Positions 12,769 to 26,617 of a stretch of DNA of 64,000 nucleotides are shown piece by piece (the stretch's first letter is position 1; every line of letters starts with the position of its first letter). The stretch comes from Carpediemonas membranifera BICM. Taxonomy: Eukaryota; Protista; Fornicata. The stretch covers positions 780,272 through 844,271 of the forward strand of contig JAHDYR010000053.1 of NCBI GenBank assembly GCA_019828565.1, read 5' to 3'. Below the pieces are notes generated by a model, which was not told the origin of the DNA, searched no databases, and saw only the letters and a list, made by a program, of their open reading frames with translations. The position numbers were made by a program, and so were the translations under genes.

Positions 12769-15700
12769 GTTTAATAGGTCGAAAACCTCCTTTCACGCTG
12801 CGTCCAGAGACGTTCGCGCCTGTATTCCCGCGCCTGTGTCGACTTAGATGTGTCACCTGTGGGCATCCCTTGTTCGGCTCCTCCGGCTGCTCCCGCAGCC
12901 TCGTCGCCGGCCCCCTCGGCCTTTCCACACGCGAGATGAGATTCCAGCACAAATTATTCCCGCAGCCAGTCCTGCGCTGTGGCCCGCTCGAACTGCGTGA
13001 CGTAATCCGAGTAGATCTGGACGTTGCCGTTCCAGATGCAGCGCATCACTTCCTGCTCCAGGAAGCGGCCGGCCCCCACACTCAGGCCGACCATCTTACA
13101 CAATCTCACACACCAGGACTCGCCCTGGTCATCACTGCACGCTTCGCCAGTGATCTCGCAGGCGGCCGTCAGTAGCTCGGCTGACCAGTTGTGGTACTGC
13201 GCGGACTTGTCTGACTCGGCGTTGGCCTGATCCTTCGAGATCACCACGTCGATGATGATGGGCTCGTTGGCGACCCTGCCCGTGGGAGAGCGACGCAGCG
13301 GGACATAGACGTCGGCGCGAGCGTTACTCTGGTAGGCTGGGTCGGCCGAGTAGCCGCGGGTGCGACTGTTCAAGGCGAACTCCTTGCGGGCAAGCACGTC
13401 GTTACTCCACAGGAAGGAGCGCACGCAGTCACGAACTAGGTCATGACGCATGGTCCTGGCACCCTCCAGGAGCTTAGGACAGGACAACGTGTGCTGCCAC
13501 GACACATTCGAGTTACCGCAGAGCGGGCAGCGGACGGTTGAGTCCGTCTCGAACGGTGGTGCGCCGAGGTGTGACCTCACCATGGTGGTGAAAAAGGTCG
13601 CCACGGATCGGCGTCGCATAGGAGAGGGGGGACAGGGCGGCTTCGGCCGCGAGAATCGGGGTCACCGGGGTCGACTCCACGATCGGGGCGACGGCTGCTG
13701 CATGGGCGCGAGAGATTTTTGTTAGGGTGCGCTGAAGGCCAGTCACGGGCTTGCCGTAGAGCTGGTCCATCCCACGAGGCCAGTCGATGGAGGTGTCGTT
13801 GGCGGCGAAGGTTGATTCGTCGGGGGTTCTGTCCCAGCCCACATCGTGCAGTTGGGCGGTTGCGGCTAGGTAAGCTGCGTCCCAGGTCATGCTCGGGGTG
13901 GGCAGGCGGAGGCCGTTATCGGAGAAATCGAGGCCGAGCCGGAGTGAGTTGTACTTCTCAGGGTCTAGGAGAAGAATTCTCGCAATCGCCGGCGTCAGGA
14001 CGTTGGACTCGAAGTTTCGTATGGTCTCACGGTGTTGGGCTGGATCGACAGATCTCATCAAAAATGAAAGCTTCGGCAGAATACACGAACGGATAAGATT
14101 CAGAGCAACGGACGTCCCATCCGTTCCAATGTCTTCAACCATCGACACCACACTAAAGCAACATCTGTTTCTGCTCGTCTAGCTTCGTCATGAGCTGCAT
14201 CCGTTCCGCTTCGATGCCGCCAATGGGAATTCCCACGATTACTCCAGTTGGCGAGCACGTAACGCGAACAGTACGTGCATTCTGCGGCGCGGATGCACAA
14301 ATCCACTGGCATTTAGCCGGTTTCATTGTTACGCCAATTTGTCGGAAAGCTTCACAAGCTCCATCGAAAAAGCCCTGGATGGCGCCGCTAGTCGTCCCCG
14401 GGGGCAATCCATGTGACGTCGTCCTGGTAGGCAACCCACTCGCCGCCCCATTTCGTCTTCAGCGTGTCGATGATTGGCCGCATGGCCAGCGTGAACAGAA
14501 TGGGGGACAGTGGGTCTCCTTGAGCGATGCCCTCTAGGGACTCGACGACGCGGCCGGACGGCAGAACCAGCCTTCCATTGCCATATACGGCGTCAAAGTA
14601 CGGGATCGCAACAGGGCAGGCCGCGGCGGCTGTGGACCTCAACAATTTGCGGGGCATGGTGCCGTACGCATTGCTGAGATCAACGGCGCAGATGCTTTGG
14701 CCACGGGAATACGCTTCTTGCAGGCGCAGACCCATAACTTCTGTGCCGCACGACTCACCCCGCCCGTACTGGTCATCGAGGAGAGGGTCATCCGCGAGGG
14801 ACGCGGTAACCGCCTTGGCTAGTAGCTTGGCTGCTACTCGACGAAGGGCCTCTCCCATGGCGATGGGCCGGACCTCGTCGGGTTTGCCAGGCTTGGGCAG
14901 TGGGACGAGGCGGGAGTGGGCCAGAACGTTTGTGTACGGGACGCCTTCGGCCACATCGACAAGTAGTGGCTTCAGGGCAAGGGCGAAGGCTTCTGGCTTG
15001 TGTCTAGCGGCGAGCTTCAAGTGGAGGAAGCTCATGCCCGACGGACCGGGAGCCGAGTCGGCCGGAAGACTGCTCAGGACATCGATGATGTCCCGAGTTT
15101 CGAACTCTACCGAGGTGAGCGGGGCGAGGGGATGGCGGATTGGGAGGTCATCAAGACTGCCTTGGAAGGGGTCAGCTTGCATCCGAACCATCTTCTCCTC
15201 TGCTTCGGCTGGGGTCATCTGCAGTTCTTCCGAGACCAGGGCACTCATGGACTTGCTGTAGTACCCTCGTCTGGCGTGCTGGTAGGCGAGTCGGCTTCTC
15301 GACGTGCTTCCCACCTGATTATGGCGGGTCCTCCGGGGGCGAAGTGCTGTTTGTGGGTGCAGCATCACGTCGATGAGACGATCGCGCTTGTCCTCATCTC
15401 TGGCTGCCGCGCAGGCGGTGACCTTTCCGATGAGGGCACGGACATAACCCTTGGTTCCCCTCCGCGTCGGTCGGCTGCGGCCGATGCGAGCCACGTCGGC
15501 GGGGTCTGGAAGGAACCCAAGAGGTCTTGTAGGCGCTCGGGTCTGCCTATTGTTGGTGGCCTGTGTTGCAGGGTGCGCCAATATAGCAGGGAGCGGCAGC
15601 CCCAGAGCGATGTGCGCTGCGGCCGCAACACGGCGTGAGCCATGTTTGGCCACAATCCCGTTCGACGGGAACCGGCGCGAGAAGTGGGGGGGCAGGGTTA

Positions 15701-16748
15701 GGCCGCCTGCGGCACGCAGGAGACACGTCTCAATCTCGATGGCTTGCGCCTTCGTGAGGTGCCTCCTGCGCTCCGTCCCCATGGCTCGCTCGAGCGCGGG
15801 GGGGCGAGAGAAGCGTCTGGCGGACTGTGTCGGCATCACGCCAGAGCTCTTCCCGCAGGTCCGGGTGGATGGCGTCCCGTAGGTCACGAGCGAAGGCTGC
15901 GATAGCCTGGTTCACTCGGACCGTTGGTACGTCCATCCCCCGGTGGTTGGTGTCAGCCACGCTTTGGCCGCCAGGCATGGGAGCGGGTGCCCCGTTATGT
16001 CTAGGCTGGACATTCGTGGGCCGACTGGTCTCCCTCGCTGTCGTTAGGTCTAGGCACGATGCCTGTCTCCTGTGACTGGGCGGGGGTGGGTGGTCCTGAG
16101 CCGAGAGGTGGACTTATCGGGGGTATAAGCTCCGCGATCATCATCTCCTCCCTCTCGATTTGCGTTCCTGATGTTTGGTGGGCTGACGCAACGGGTCCGT
16201 TGTCAATCTCATCGATGGTGGAGAGCCGTGGGCATCCCGCCGCCCGTAGTTGCTCTAGTAGAGCCCTGCGGCGGCCTAGGGATAGCGTATGGTCACGGCC
16301 CTCTGTGTCTATACGGATTCGCGAGTCCATTCGGTGCATCAGGAATTGGACGGGATGCGGCGGTAGGTTCCTGATCAACTGGATTGAGCTTAGTACTTGG
16401 TGTAATCTCTGCTTGAAGTCTCGGTTTGAGGGCCTCTGGATCACTGGGAAGAGCGGACTCACAGTGGCAATGAGTTCTTCGGAGACTCTCTTGGTGAAGC
16501 GCTCGGGACGTCCTCTATCTTGAATGAACAGCTTTTTCACAAGCTCTACATCGTTAAAGAGGCGGCGGACTTTCTGGTACGAGGACCAGTGTTCGGCAAA
16601 GAGAGATTTTGGTACATGCTTACCAAACAGAATGCGCACGGCGTCGAAGATCTGGGAAACAGGATCTTCGAGCTGGATAGTTCCTTCAGTCCCGCTCAGA
16701 AGCCGCTCCACGACTTCTTTGCTGACAAAGACTGAGACTACCATCGCC
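12769..16748 (-). mobile_element. CRE-like non-LTR retrotransposon, copy 4
   Basis: Near-identical to copies 1-3. Confidence 0.92.
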
Positions 16749-19639
16749 GTTTAATAGGTCGAAAACCTCCTTTCACGCTGCGTCCAGAGACGTTCGCGCC
16801 TGTATTCCCGCGCCTGTGTCGACTTAGATGTGTCACCTGTGGGCATCCCTTGTTCGGCTCCTCCGGCTGCTCCCGCAGCCTCGTCGCCGGCCCCCTCGGC
16901 CTTTCCACACGCGAGATGAGATTCCAGCACAAATTATTCCCGCAGCCAGTCCTGCGCTGTGGCCCGCTCGAACTGCGTGACGTAATCCGAGTAGATCTGG
17001 ACGTTGCCGTTCCAGATGCAGCGCATCACTTCCTGCTCCAGGAAGCGGCCGGCCCCCACACTCAGGCCGACCATCTTACACAATCTCACACACCAGGACT
17101 CGCCCTGGTCATCACTGCACGCTTCGCCAGTGATCTCGCAGGCGGCCGTCAGTAGCTCGGCTGACCAGTTGTGGTACTGCGCGGACTTGTCTGACTCGGC
17201 GTTGGCCTGATCCTTCGAGATCACCACGTCGATGATGATGGGCTCGTTGGCGACCCTGCCCGTGGGAGAGCGACGCAGCGGGACATAGACGTCGGCGCGA
17301 GCGTTACTCTGGTAGGCTGGGTCGGCCGAGTAGCCGCGGGTGCGACTGTTCAAGGCGAACTCCTTGCGGGCAAGCACGTCGTTACTCCACAGGAAGGAGC
17401 GCACGCAGTCACGAACTAGGTCATGACGCATGGTCCTGGCACCCTCCAGGAGCTTAGGACAGGACAACGTGTGCTGCCACGACACATTCGAGTTACCGCA
17501 GAGCGGGCAGCGGACGGTTGAGTCCGTCTCGAACGGTGGTGCGCCGAGGTGTGACCTCACCATGGTGGTGAAAAGGTCGCCACGGATCGGCGTCGCATAG
17601 GAGAGGGGGACAGGGCGGCTTCGGCCGCGAGAATCGGGGTCACCGGGGTCAACTCCACGATCGGGGCGACGGCTGCTGCATGGGCGCGAGAGATTTTTGT
17701 TAGGGTGCGCTGAAGGCCAGTCACGGGCTTGCCGTAGAGCTGGTCCATCCCACGAGGCCAGTCGATGGAGGTGTCGTTGGCGGCGAAGGATGATTCGTCG
17801 GGGGTTCTGTCCCAGCCCACATCGTGCAGTTGGGCGGTTGCGGCTAGGTAAGCTGCGTCCCAGGTCATGCTCGGGGTGGGCAGGCGGAGGCCGTTATCGG
17901 AGAAATCGAGGCCGAGCCGGAGTGAGTTGTACTTCTCAGGGTCTAGGAGAAGAATTCTCGCAATCGCCGGCGTCAGGACGTTGGACTCGAAGTTTCGTAT
18001 GGTCTCACGGTGTTGGGCTGGATCGACAGATCTCATCAAAAATGAAAGCTTCGGCAGAATACACGAACGGATAAGATTCAGAGCAACGGACGTCCCATCC
18101 GTTCCAATGTCTTCAACCATCGACACCACACTAAGCAACATCTGTTTCTGCTCGTCTAGCTTCGTCATGAGCTGCATCCGTTCCGCTTCGATGCCGCCAA
18201 TGGGAATTCCCACGATTACTCCAGTTGGCGAGCACGTAACGCGAACAGTACGTGCATTCTGCGGCGCGGATGCACAAATCCACTGGCATTTAGCCGGTTT
18301 CATTGTTACGCCAATTTGTCGGAAAGCTTCACAAGCTCCATCGAAAAAGCCCTGGATGGCGCCGCTAGTCGTCCCCGGGGGAGCAATCCATGTGACGTCG
18401 TCCTGGTAGGCAACCCACTCGCCGCCCCATTTCGTCTTCAGCGTGTCGATGATTGGCCGCATGGCCAGCGTGAACAGAATGGGGGACAGTGGGTCTCCTT
18501 GAGCGATGCCCTCTAGGGACTCGACGACGCGGCCGGACGGCAGAACCAGCCTTCCATTGCCATATACGGCGTCAAAGTACGGGATCGCAACAGGGCAGGC
18601 CGCGGCGGCTGTGGACCTCAACAATTTGCGGGGCATGGTGCCGTACGCATTGCTGAGATCAACGGCGCAGATGCTTTGGCCTCTGTGCCGCACGACTCAC
18701 CCCGCCCGTACTGGTCATCGAGGAGAGGGTCATCCGCGAGGGACGCGGTAACCGCCTTGGCTAGTAGCTTGGCTGCTACTCGACGAAGGGCCTCTCCCAT
18801 GGCGATGGGCCAGACCTCGTCGGGTTTGCCAGGCTTGGGCAGTGGGACGAGGCGGGAGTGGGCCAGAACGTTTGTGTACGGGACGCCTTCGGCCACATCG
18901 ACAAGTAGTGGCTTCAGGGCAAGGGCGAAGGCTTCTGGCTTGTGTCTAGCGGCGAGCTTCAAGTGGAGGAAGCTCATGCCCGACGGACCGGGAGCCGAGT
19001 CGGCCGGAAGACTGCTCAGGACATCGATGATGTCCCGAGTTTCGAACTCTACCGAGGTGAGCGGGGCGAGGGGATGGCGGATTGGGAGGTCATCAAGACT
19101 GCCTTGGAAGGGGTCAGCTTGCATCCGAACCATCTTCTCCTCTGCTTCGGCTGGGGTCATCTGCAGTTCTTCCGAGACCAGGGCACTCATGGACTTGCTG
19201 TAGTACCCTCGTCTGGCGTGCTGGTAGGCGAGTCGGCTTCTCGACGTGCTTCCCACCTGATTATGGCGGGTCCTCCGGGGGCGAAGTGCTGTTTGTGGGT
19301 GCAGCATCACGTCGATGAGACGATCGCGCTTGTCCTCATCTCTGGCTGCCGCGCAGGCGGTGACCTTTCCGATGAGGGCACGGACATAACCCTTGGTTCC
19401 CCTCCGCGTCGGTCGGCTGCGGCCGATGCGAGCCACGTCGGCGGGGTCTGGAAGGAACCCAAGAGGTCTTGTAGGCGCTCGGGTCTGCCTATTGTTGGTG
19501 GCCTGTGTTGCAGGGTGCGCCAATATAGCAGGGAGCGGCAGCCCCAGAGCGATGTGCGCTGCGGCCGCAACACGGCGTGAGCCATGTTTGGCCACAATCC
19601 CGTTCGACGGGAACCGGCGCGAGAAGTGGGGGGGCAGGG
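16749..19639 (-). mobile_element. CRE-like copy 5, 3' part (decayed; 37-bp deletion near 18681)
   Basis: Matches unit up to CAGGG at 19635-19639, where LTR element A is inserted; private substitutions (e.g. EVRP>EVWP). Confidence 0.9.
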
Positions 19640-21103
19640 TGTGGTGAACGTAGGATTCACAGGGGAGCTGAACTGATTTATAAACTGCACTGACTTGATC
19701 ACTACACTGCCCCCACGGCCCGGAGCCAAAGGTGAGGACAGGACATGATAATGAAGAGAGAGTCAGGGCAAAGCCGAAGCGGACCGTGACTTGGAGGTTG
19801 GTGTGCCACGTGCTTTTGGTCAATAGTGAAGTCGAACGTCGTTGCTGAGAACGCTGATGTCGAACAAAGATGGGGAATGTAAGAGTGTCGAGATGTGGTC
19901 AGGAAGAGCGTGGACGTTGGCAAGGCCGATCGTCAGGTGCGCCAAAGCGGCATGCACCTGACAGCACTGCCCCCACGGCCCGAATCTCGAGGGTCGTACT
20001 CTAATAGGAAGGATGCATGACGCCGCTGATGTTGTAGCGTCGGTACTGGTGTGGCTACATGAGTCGCGTCTGTCGTCGAGACTTTGTCGCGTGTTAGTAT
20101 GCCGGGAGCGTGGGCTGATATATACCCACAGCATGATAGGTGGCATTGGTACCGGGTGAGGTGAGAGGAGAAGTTGCCGCCCGTCACGAGGAAAAGATGC
20201 CGAAGGTTGGCTACGCTAGAGTTGATTGATGACGTCGAGTCACTTGCAAAACGAGTCTAGCGATGGGTGGTGAGCTAGGTGCGAGAGCTATGGAGAGGGC
20301 TCCTGGCCCAGTTAAGACTTGTCAGCCGGCACCATAAGGGAAGAGCGCTCGTGGAGGGACGTACTGTCGACCGACCCGACGTTTGAACCTGATCTGGGGC
20401 TCAGTGTCGAAGCTGGTCTGGTCAAGAGACATGTTGTCAAGCCTTCGCAAGAGTGAAGCTCGGGTCTTGGGCACGGATGTAGCGCGCGGCCAAGAGCTGA
20501 AGGGGCGCGAGGAACCGGGGCGTATTGTCGCCAGCGTGCAGCTGTCTGTGTTGCGATGTCACCCAGTTGTTGCGCGATAGATGACCCGGCTGGACCCGCG
20601 CGGTGTAGACTCGGCTCATGAAGAGCGCTACTGGGAGTCGTACGCGACAGAGGTCAGTGGGCGCGGTCGGCTGATGTATGCCGAGGCTGCTGATTTCACG
20701 GATGGTCGCCGGGACCGTAACCCGAGGTAAAGCAAGCCAGTGATAATAGAGAAGGAACGTGCGGACTGTCCAAGAGCAGGCGGTTGACTGCCGCGTGTCG
20801 TCGAGACACATGAGCGTACAGTGTATAGATGCTGCCAAGATATAGGAGCGCTATGTCGCACATGTATGTTCTAAGGAAGCCGCTGAGGCCGCCGTAAGGT
20901 TGCTGTGTCCGCGGATAGCCGTTCAGACTATTGCTCCACGGGGTACAACGGTGGGGTGTCCTGATGTAAGGAGCAGAGGAGTACCGAATGTGTCATGGTG
21001 GTTGCACCCAGCCGTACAGGCTGCTGAAAGTTGAGCTTGGTACTCTGAGGATGTATAGGCAGGAGCTGTCCTGACGTCGAGTCAGTGTCGTGACGTCCTA
21101 GCC

Positions 21104-24100
21104 TGTCACCGGTCTATAAACTGCTCCGTCCAGTTTTGACCACTTTTACCCCGCTGCGGTTTACTGTAAATGATTTCAACCGACAATACTAGTATTAGCT
21201 GTGCTGATGTCGTTAACTGTTCAAATTCCTGAGCTTTCTCCTTCAAATCTAACACTAGAGACTCTTGAGGAGTTTGAGCGCCGAGCAACGATTTTTACTA
21301 TACAAAACCCAAGCATCCCACTGTCCGTCCTCATTGAGGAGTCATTTGCCCTCGAACTCAAGGCCGAAGGCATAGACACATCCGACAAGAACTACACTCT
21401 CAAGAACTTCACCGAATGGTGTCGCCAGCGGCTCCTTCCCCACTCCATCCTAGCACTCGTCGAAGAGCTCCAAGACCTTCGTTTCCCCATGGTGCCGAGC
21501 ACCGCACGCAACTTCGAAGCTGGCACGAGACTACAAGCGGCAGCATTCCGCAAGCGCATCGAGCTCTACTCCAAGACGCCAGACCCAGAAGGGTTCTTGG
21601 ACCCCATCGACGACAACCCCAATGCCGACGAACTGCTCGCAAGCTTTGATAAGCTGGCTGCACGGCTCTTCAGGGAGTCCCTGAACCCGACAGCATTCCG
21701 CAAGAAGGCACAGACCTTGCTTGCTCTCCACAACGTCAAGACCTTCGAGGACACCGTAGCGGTGGCTCTTAGGGCTGCTAGGGCGTATGACCATGATCAA
21801 CCCCTCTCGCAAACCCCGGCCGGCGGACCCAAGGCCCCGGCCCAGGCCAGGAAGGCCCAGTACCGCCCGGACGCGGCCAAGCGCCCGCCGGCCGACGGAC
21901 CCAAGAAGCCGTCGCGCCCCTGTCGTTTCTGTGGCGGTCCCCACATGGACTTCAGATGCGATAAGCACCCCCGCTACAGCGAGAACAACAACGCCGACAG
22001 CGCGTCGACTAACGAGAAGGGCGGGAAGGGTCCACTGACGACCCCCGCTACTGTAAAAGGCAAAACTTACTCGTTCGTTGTAGACACTGGTGCAAGCCGA
22101 AGCTTCATTAGTTCGAAGGCACTACGTACCCTACCCAAGGACACAGTGCAGACCTCTCTCGAGGAAAAGATCAAGGTCACGCTAGGAGACGGACGCTCCC
22201 TCGTGACAGATCAAGCAGTCACATTTAAGGCAGCATTCCCAGCACTAGGTGTCACACCGTTGGAGGTTACATGGAAGTACTACGTACTCCCCGGTGAGTT
22301 CTTCAAGGCTCTCATCGGGTGTGACTTGCTGAGGTCACTCGCACTCATTGGCGATGGCACACTCAACCTTAACCTGCACAAGCTCTCCTCAATTGAGGAG
22401 GACGAGGACTGGCTGCCGTTCTACCATGAATATCTCACGGAGGACGCAAACATGGCGATAACCGACGACTACTGTGGTGTCCACGTCCCGGAGTCGAAGA
22501 TCCGACCCGAGATTCTCGAGATAATCAACTCATTTGACGATATCTTCGAGGAAGAACTACCCAAGGAAGGGTCTCGACTGGAACCCATGTCGATTGAACT
22601 GATAGACGAGCGGGCAATTGTACAATGCCGCGCTCGCAGACTCGACCCAGTGACCCAAGGCCTGGTGTCGACAGAGCTAGAACAACTCAGGCGAGACGGG
22701 ATAATCCAGGACTCGACTGGGCCGTACAGCTCGCCGATCGTAGTAGTCAGGCAGGGCCACAAAGGATCGACCAAGATCCGTCTTTGCATTGACTACAAGG
22801 AGTTAAACTCCAAGACAGTGAGGGATAACTTCCCCCTGCCTAACACGCGCGAGTTTGTAGACCGAGCATCAGGCTGCAAATACTTTGCAGGCCTAGACCT
22901 CAGACAAGGCTACTACCAGATGCGGATGCACGAGGAAGATATCCCCAAAACCGCTTTTGTCACTCCAGACGCATACTGCGAGTTCACCAGATGTCCATTC
23001 GGCCTGATGAACGCCCCGGCGAGATTCCAACGCGCCATGCAGAAGGCGTTCGCCGAGGTCCTCCACAAAGGGGTGGACATCTATCTTGACGACATCTTGA
23101 TTTACGCCAAGACCGAGGCCCAGTTTCTCACCCTGATCAAAACCGTCTTCAGGATCTGTAGACATTATTCACTGCGCCTTAAAGGCCCGAAGTGCACGAT
23201 AGGCTCAGCCCACGTCGAGGCCGTCGGGTATATTGTCTCGGAGAAGGGGAAACAACTTGCCCCAGAGAAGGTAGAGGCGGTAAACGCCATACCGCTCCCG
23301 TCCACCGCAAAGGAGCTTCAGAGGACACTGGGATCATTCAACTATGTCGCCCAGTTCGTCCCGGACTCATCACGAATCCTCAAACCTCTCAACGAGATGC
23401 TAACGGCACAGGAGAACTCAAAGAACATAACTTGGAACCCCAAACAAGAAGAGGCGTTTACAACGTTCAAGGAGAGACTCAGCTCAGACACAGTCCTCCA
23501 TTTCCCCGACTTCTCAAAGAAGTGGACCCTCGAGACGGACGCGTCGAACGACGGACTAGGGGGCATTCTGTTCCAAGAAGACGACTCCGGCAACCGAGAG
23601 ATCGTCTCGCTCTTCGCAAAGTGTCATACGCCAACCCAGACTAGGTGGCCGACCTACGAACAAGAGCTTCATGCTATCATCTTTTGTCTCACGAGACCTG
23701 ACATGGCTCAACTTTTCCGCCTCAAGGACAACATACAGATCCGCACCGACCACCAGAATCTGGTATATCTCATGCAGAGGAAGGAGCTTTCCAAGAAACT
23801 CCTCAGGTGGACGTCTGTCTTGTCGGACTACAACATTACGATCGAGCATATTGCTGGAGAGACAAACAAGATGGCAGACATGCTGTCGCGTATCCTTCCC
23901 CGAGGGGGACCTCGGGCCGCAGCTGAACCTGCTAGAGGCGGAGGACGCCGGCCCAGGGCTGACCCTTGAGTTGATCCAGGCTGCCCAGGCCATGGCACCT
24001 GAGTCAACTCGAGTCGGCTGGGAGAAACTAGAGGGAGTATCCATCGAAAACTCGATCTACTTCAAGGACGGAGTGCCGATTATCCCCAAGGGAGAGACAC

Positions 24101-25460
24101 GCGACAAGGCCCTTCGGACCGCTCACCAATTTCATACGGGAGCAAATTCAACGTTCCAAGCACTCGCCACGTCTGCATTTTGGCCGGGGATGCTCTTGGA
24201 CGTCAAAAAGCACATCAAGACGTGCCCCATTTGTCTGAAGACTCGCATCAAGGACTACTTTATCGCCCAAAAGGGCCAGACAAGACGCACCAGACCATGG
24301 GAGACAGTGGCAGTCGACACAATTGGCCCTCTCCCAACGGATTCGCTGGGCGCTCGCTACATCATTGTGGCTGTAGACATGTTTACAAGATACACCGAGC
24401 TCGTCGCAGTCGCATCGATCGACGCCGAGACCTCCGCCAGGGCCCTATGGGACCACGTTTTCACGCGACACGGGATACCGGCGGAGATTCTGTCCGACGG
24501 CGGCCCGGAGTACGCGAACTCGATAGTTGAACAACTCACAACGTCATTGAAAGTCGCACACCACTTCACCATCCCGTTTCATCCACAGAGCAATGGTCTC
24601 GTGGAGAGAAGGAATGCGGAGATTGGAAGACACCTACGGTGGCTTGTCCTGGCAATAGCCTACAAAGACCAGTGGTGCGGACTCCTACCGACGGTCCAGA
24701 TGATTATCAACGGCACGACACATACGGCCACGAAGTTCTCCCCGCACGAGCTGATATTTGGCCATGAGCACAACATGTTTACAAGCTGGTGGACGAACGA
24801 CAACAACTCTCCGATCAGAGATTTCCCAGAGTTCAAAAAGGACCTGGAGCTGGCCCTTAACGCCCTGGAGACCACTGCCAGAGAGAGTGTGGGCCCGGGC
24901 CAAAAGACAATAGTCAACACCGAACTGAAGCCGGGTGACTACGTCCTCTGGAAAGATGAGGCCCCTCAGAAGCTAGACGCGCGCAACAGGGGCCCATGGA
25001 AGGTACACGATGTACTTGATAATAACAGAATAGTCCTGCAGTCGATACTCGACGGATCGACCAGATCAACCCACATTGAAAAACTCATGATGTTCGACAC
25101 GGATGCCGTAACGGACACGATGATGCTTCAACTTGCAAGCTTCGACCAGAAAAAATGGGAGGTAGAGCGAGTAGTATCGGTAGACTGGAAAGAAGGGACA
25201 GCCGCCATCAAGTGGGTAGGATTCGAAAACATAACGGAAGAACCACTCTCGGGAGTGAAACACCTCGAGGAGATGAAGAGGTTGGCCCGTAAGGCGAGGA
25301 AGAACCTGAAACTCTACTAACCATCTTTTTCCCCCGTTCCTTGCAGGTTGGGGGTTTTCTCATCAAAAAGGGAGGTAGTGTCACCGGTCTATAAACTGCT
25401 CCGTCCAGTTTTGACCACTTTTACCCCGCTGCGGTTTACTGTAAATGATTTCAACCGACA
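21104..25460 (+). mobile_element. Ty3/gypsy chromodomain LTR retrotransposon B, 82-bp LTRs (21104-21185, 25379-25460)
   Basis: Identical TG..CA LTRs, 4-bp TSD AGCC, PPT AAAAAGGGAGGTAG. Confidence 0.95.
21207..25320 (+). CDS. Gag-Pol polyprotein of element B (one frameshift near 23900, probably a homopolymer error)
   Basis: CRFCGGPHMDFRC knuckle, VDTGA protease, YLDD RT, TDAS RNase H, HHCC/DDE integrase, GPW, C-terminal chromodomain (WEVERVV..IKWVGF). Confidence 0.92.
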
Positions 25461-26617
25461 AGCCTTTGTGAACGTTGGGTGAGGTTATAGAGGCGGATCT
25501 GCGACGAGCAGGCCTCAAAACCCAGTCGTTCGTGTGAAATTGTGGCCTGGATATGGAGATATGGAAAATATCTCGACAGATATGATAGATCTGGAAGTTC
25601 GAGCATGTATGTTGTGACGCTGGGCTATCCCGGCTTACTCTGGAGAAAGATATAAAAAGGCGAATCTAGATGCCGATGAATCTAGTTGGCGGAGATATAG
25701 TGCCGATCAGTCATAAAGAGTGGGTGTGCCCGAACGCTGCTGGGACTGGAGCGTCCGTGGGGCCCATGAATAACTTGAGGGTCAATTGAATGACTCACTC
25801 AGATGAGACCTCTAACCCATGGTCAGGGTCGCGGGCGTGGACGTGAACCAGTTGGTGAAGCCGCAGCTTGATCGTCTGGCTCGGTAATGGTGGAATAACT
25901 CGTCGAAGGCGAAAAGTAGAAATTACCGTGCGTGTGGAGTAGCGGAGCGCGGAAGACGGAAGAAAGCGCTGAGGAATGCACGAACTAATTAAATGGAACC
26001 CGAATTGCGCAGGTATTCGCTAAGGGATACTGGCTGAAGGGAAAAGACTGAAGAAGTCTATCTTTGAGGAAACCGAGCTGGAAAATAGCTCCAAGGAGAC
26101 AGAACTTGCTTCTGTAATGCTCCCAAAGCGTCGCTGCATACTTATTGGCAATCGTAGGGAAGTATCAGCAATTGTAGGTGCGGCGCTAGGTGCTCTGACC
26201 TAAAACTGCGGAAAAGTAGACACGGTCCGACAGTCAAGGAGTGGGTCGTATGAGGTGTGTGCTACCGCATTGCTGACGAATTTCGGTCGGATGGACCGGT
26301 CTCCGAGGTGAATGTGGCGTGGAAGCCTTGGCCGTTGATTCTCAGGATGTAGCCATGGAAGACTTGCCTCTGTAAGCCTAGACTAGTGTGTGCGGCCATT
26401 CTGATGATGATGGTATGAGGACTTAGTGGTTCGGAGACGATACGGACTCGTTGTGCAACAAGGAATTCTGAACAGCTGCTTCTGCCGAATTACAGTAGCA
26501 TCGTTGATGCTAGCCCAATAGGCCTTGTCAGTTACCTACAACGAGGCATCTAGTTGTGTTCAAGTTGCAATTGGACACTTCTAGACGGGAAATTTCCGCA
26601 AACGCAATTAGAACGGC

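Noticed and set aside
1018-16744. Multiple frameshifts in RT/RLE ORFs as programmed recoding or true pseudogenisation
   Set aside because: They fall mostly in G/A homopolymers and differ copy to copy; long-read error is the simplest explanation. The same applies near 23900, 29237 and 52695.
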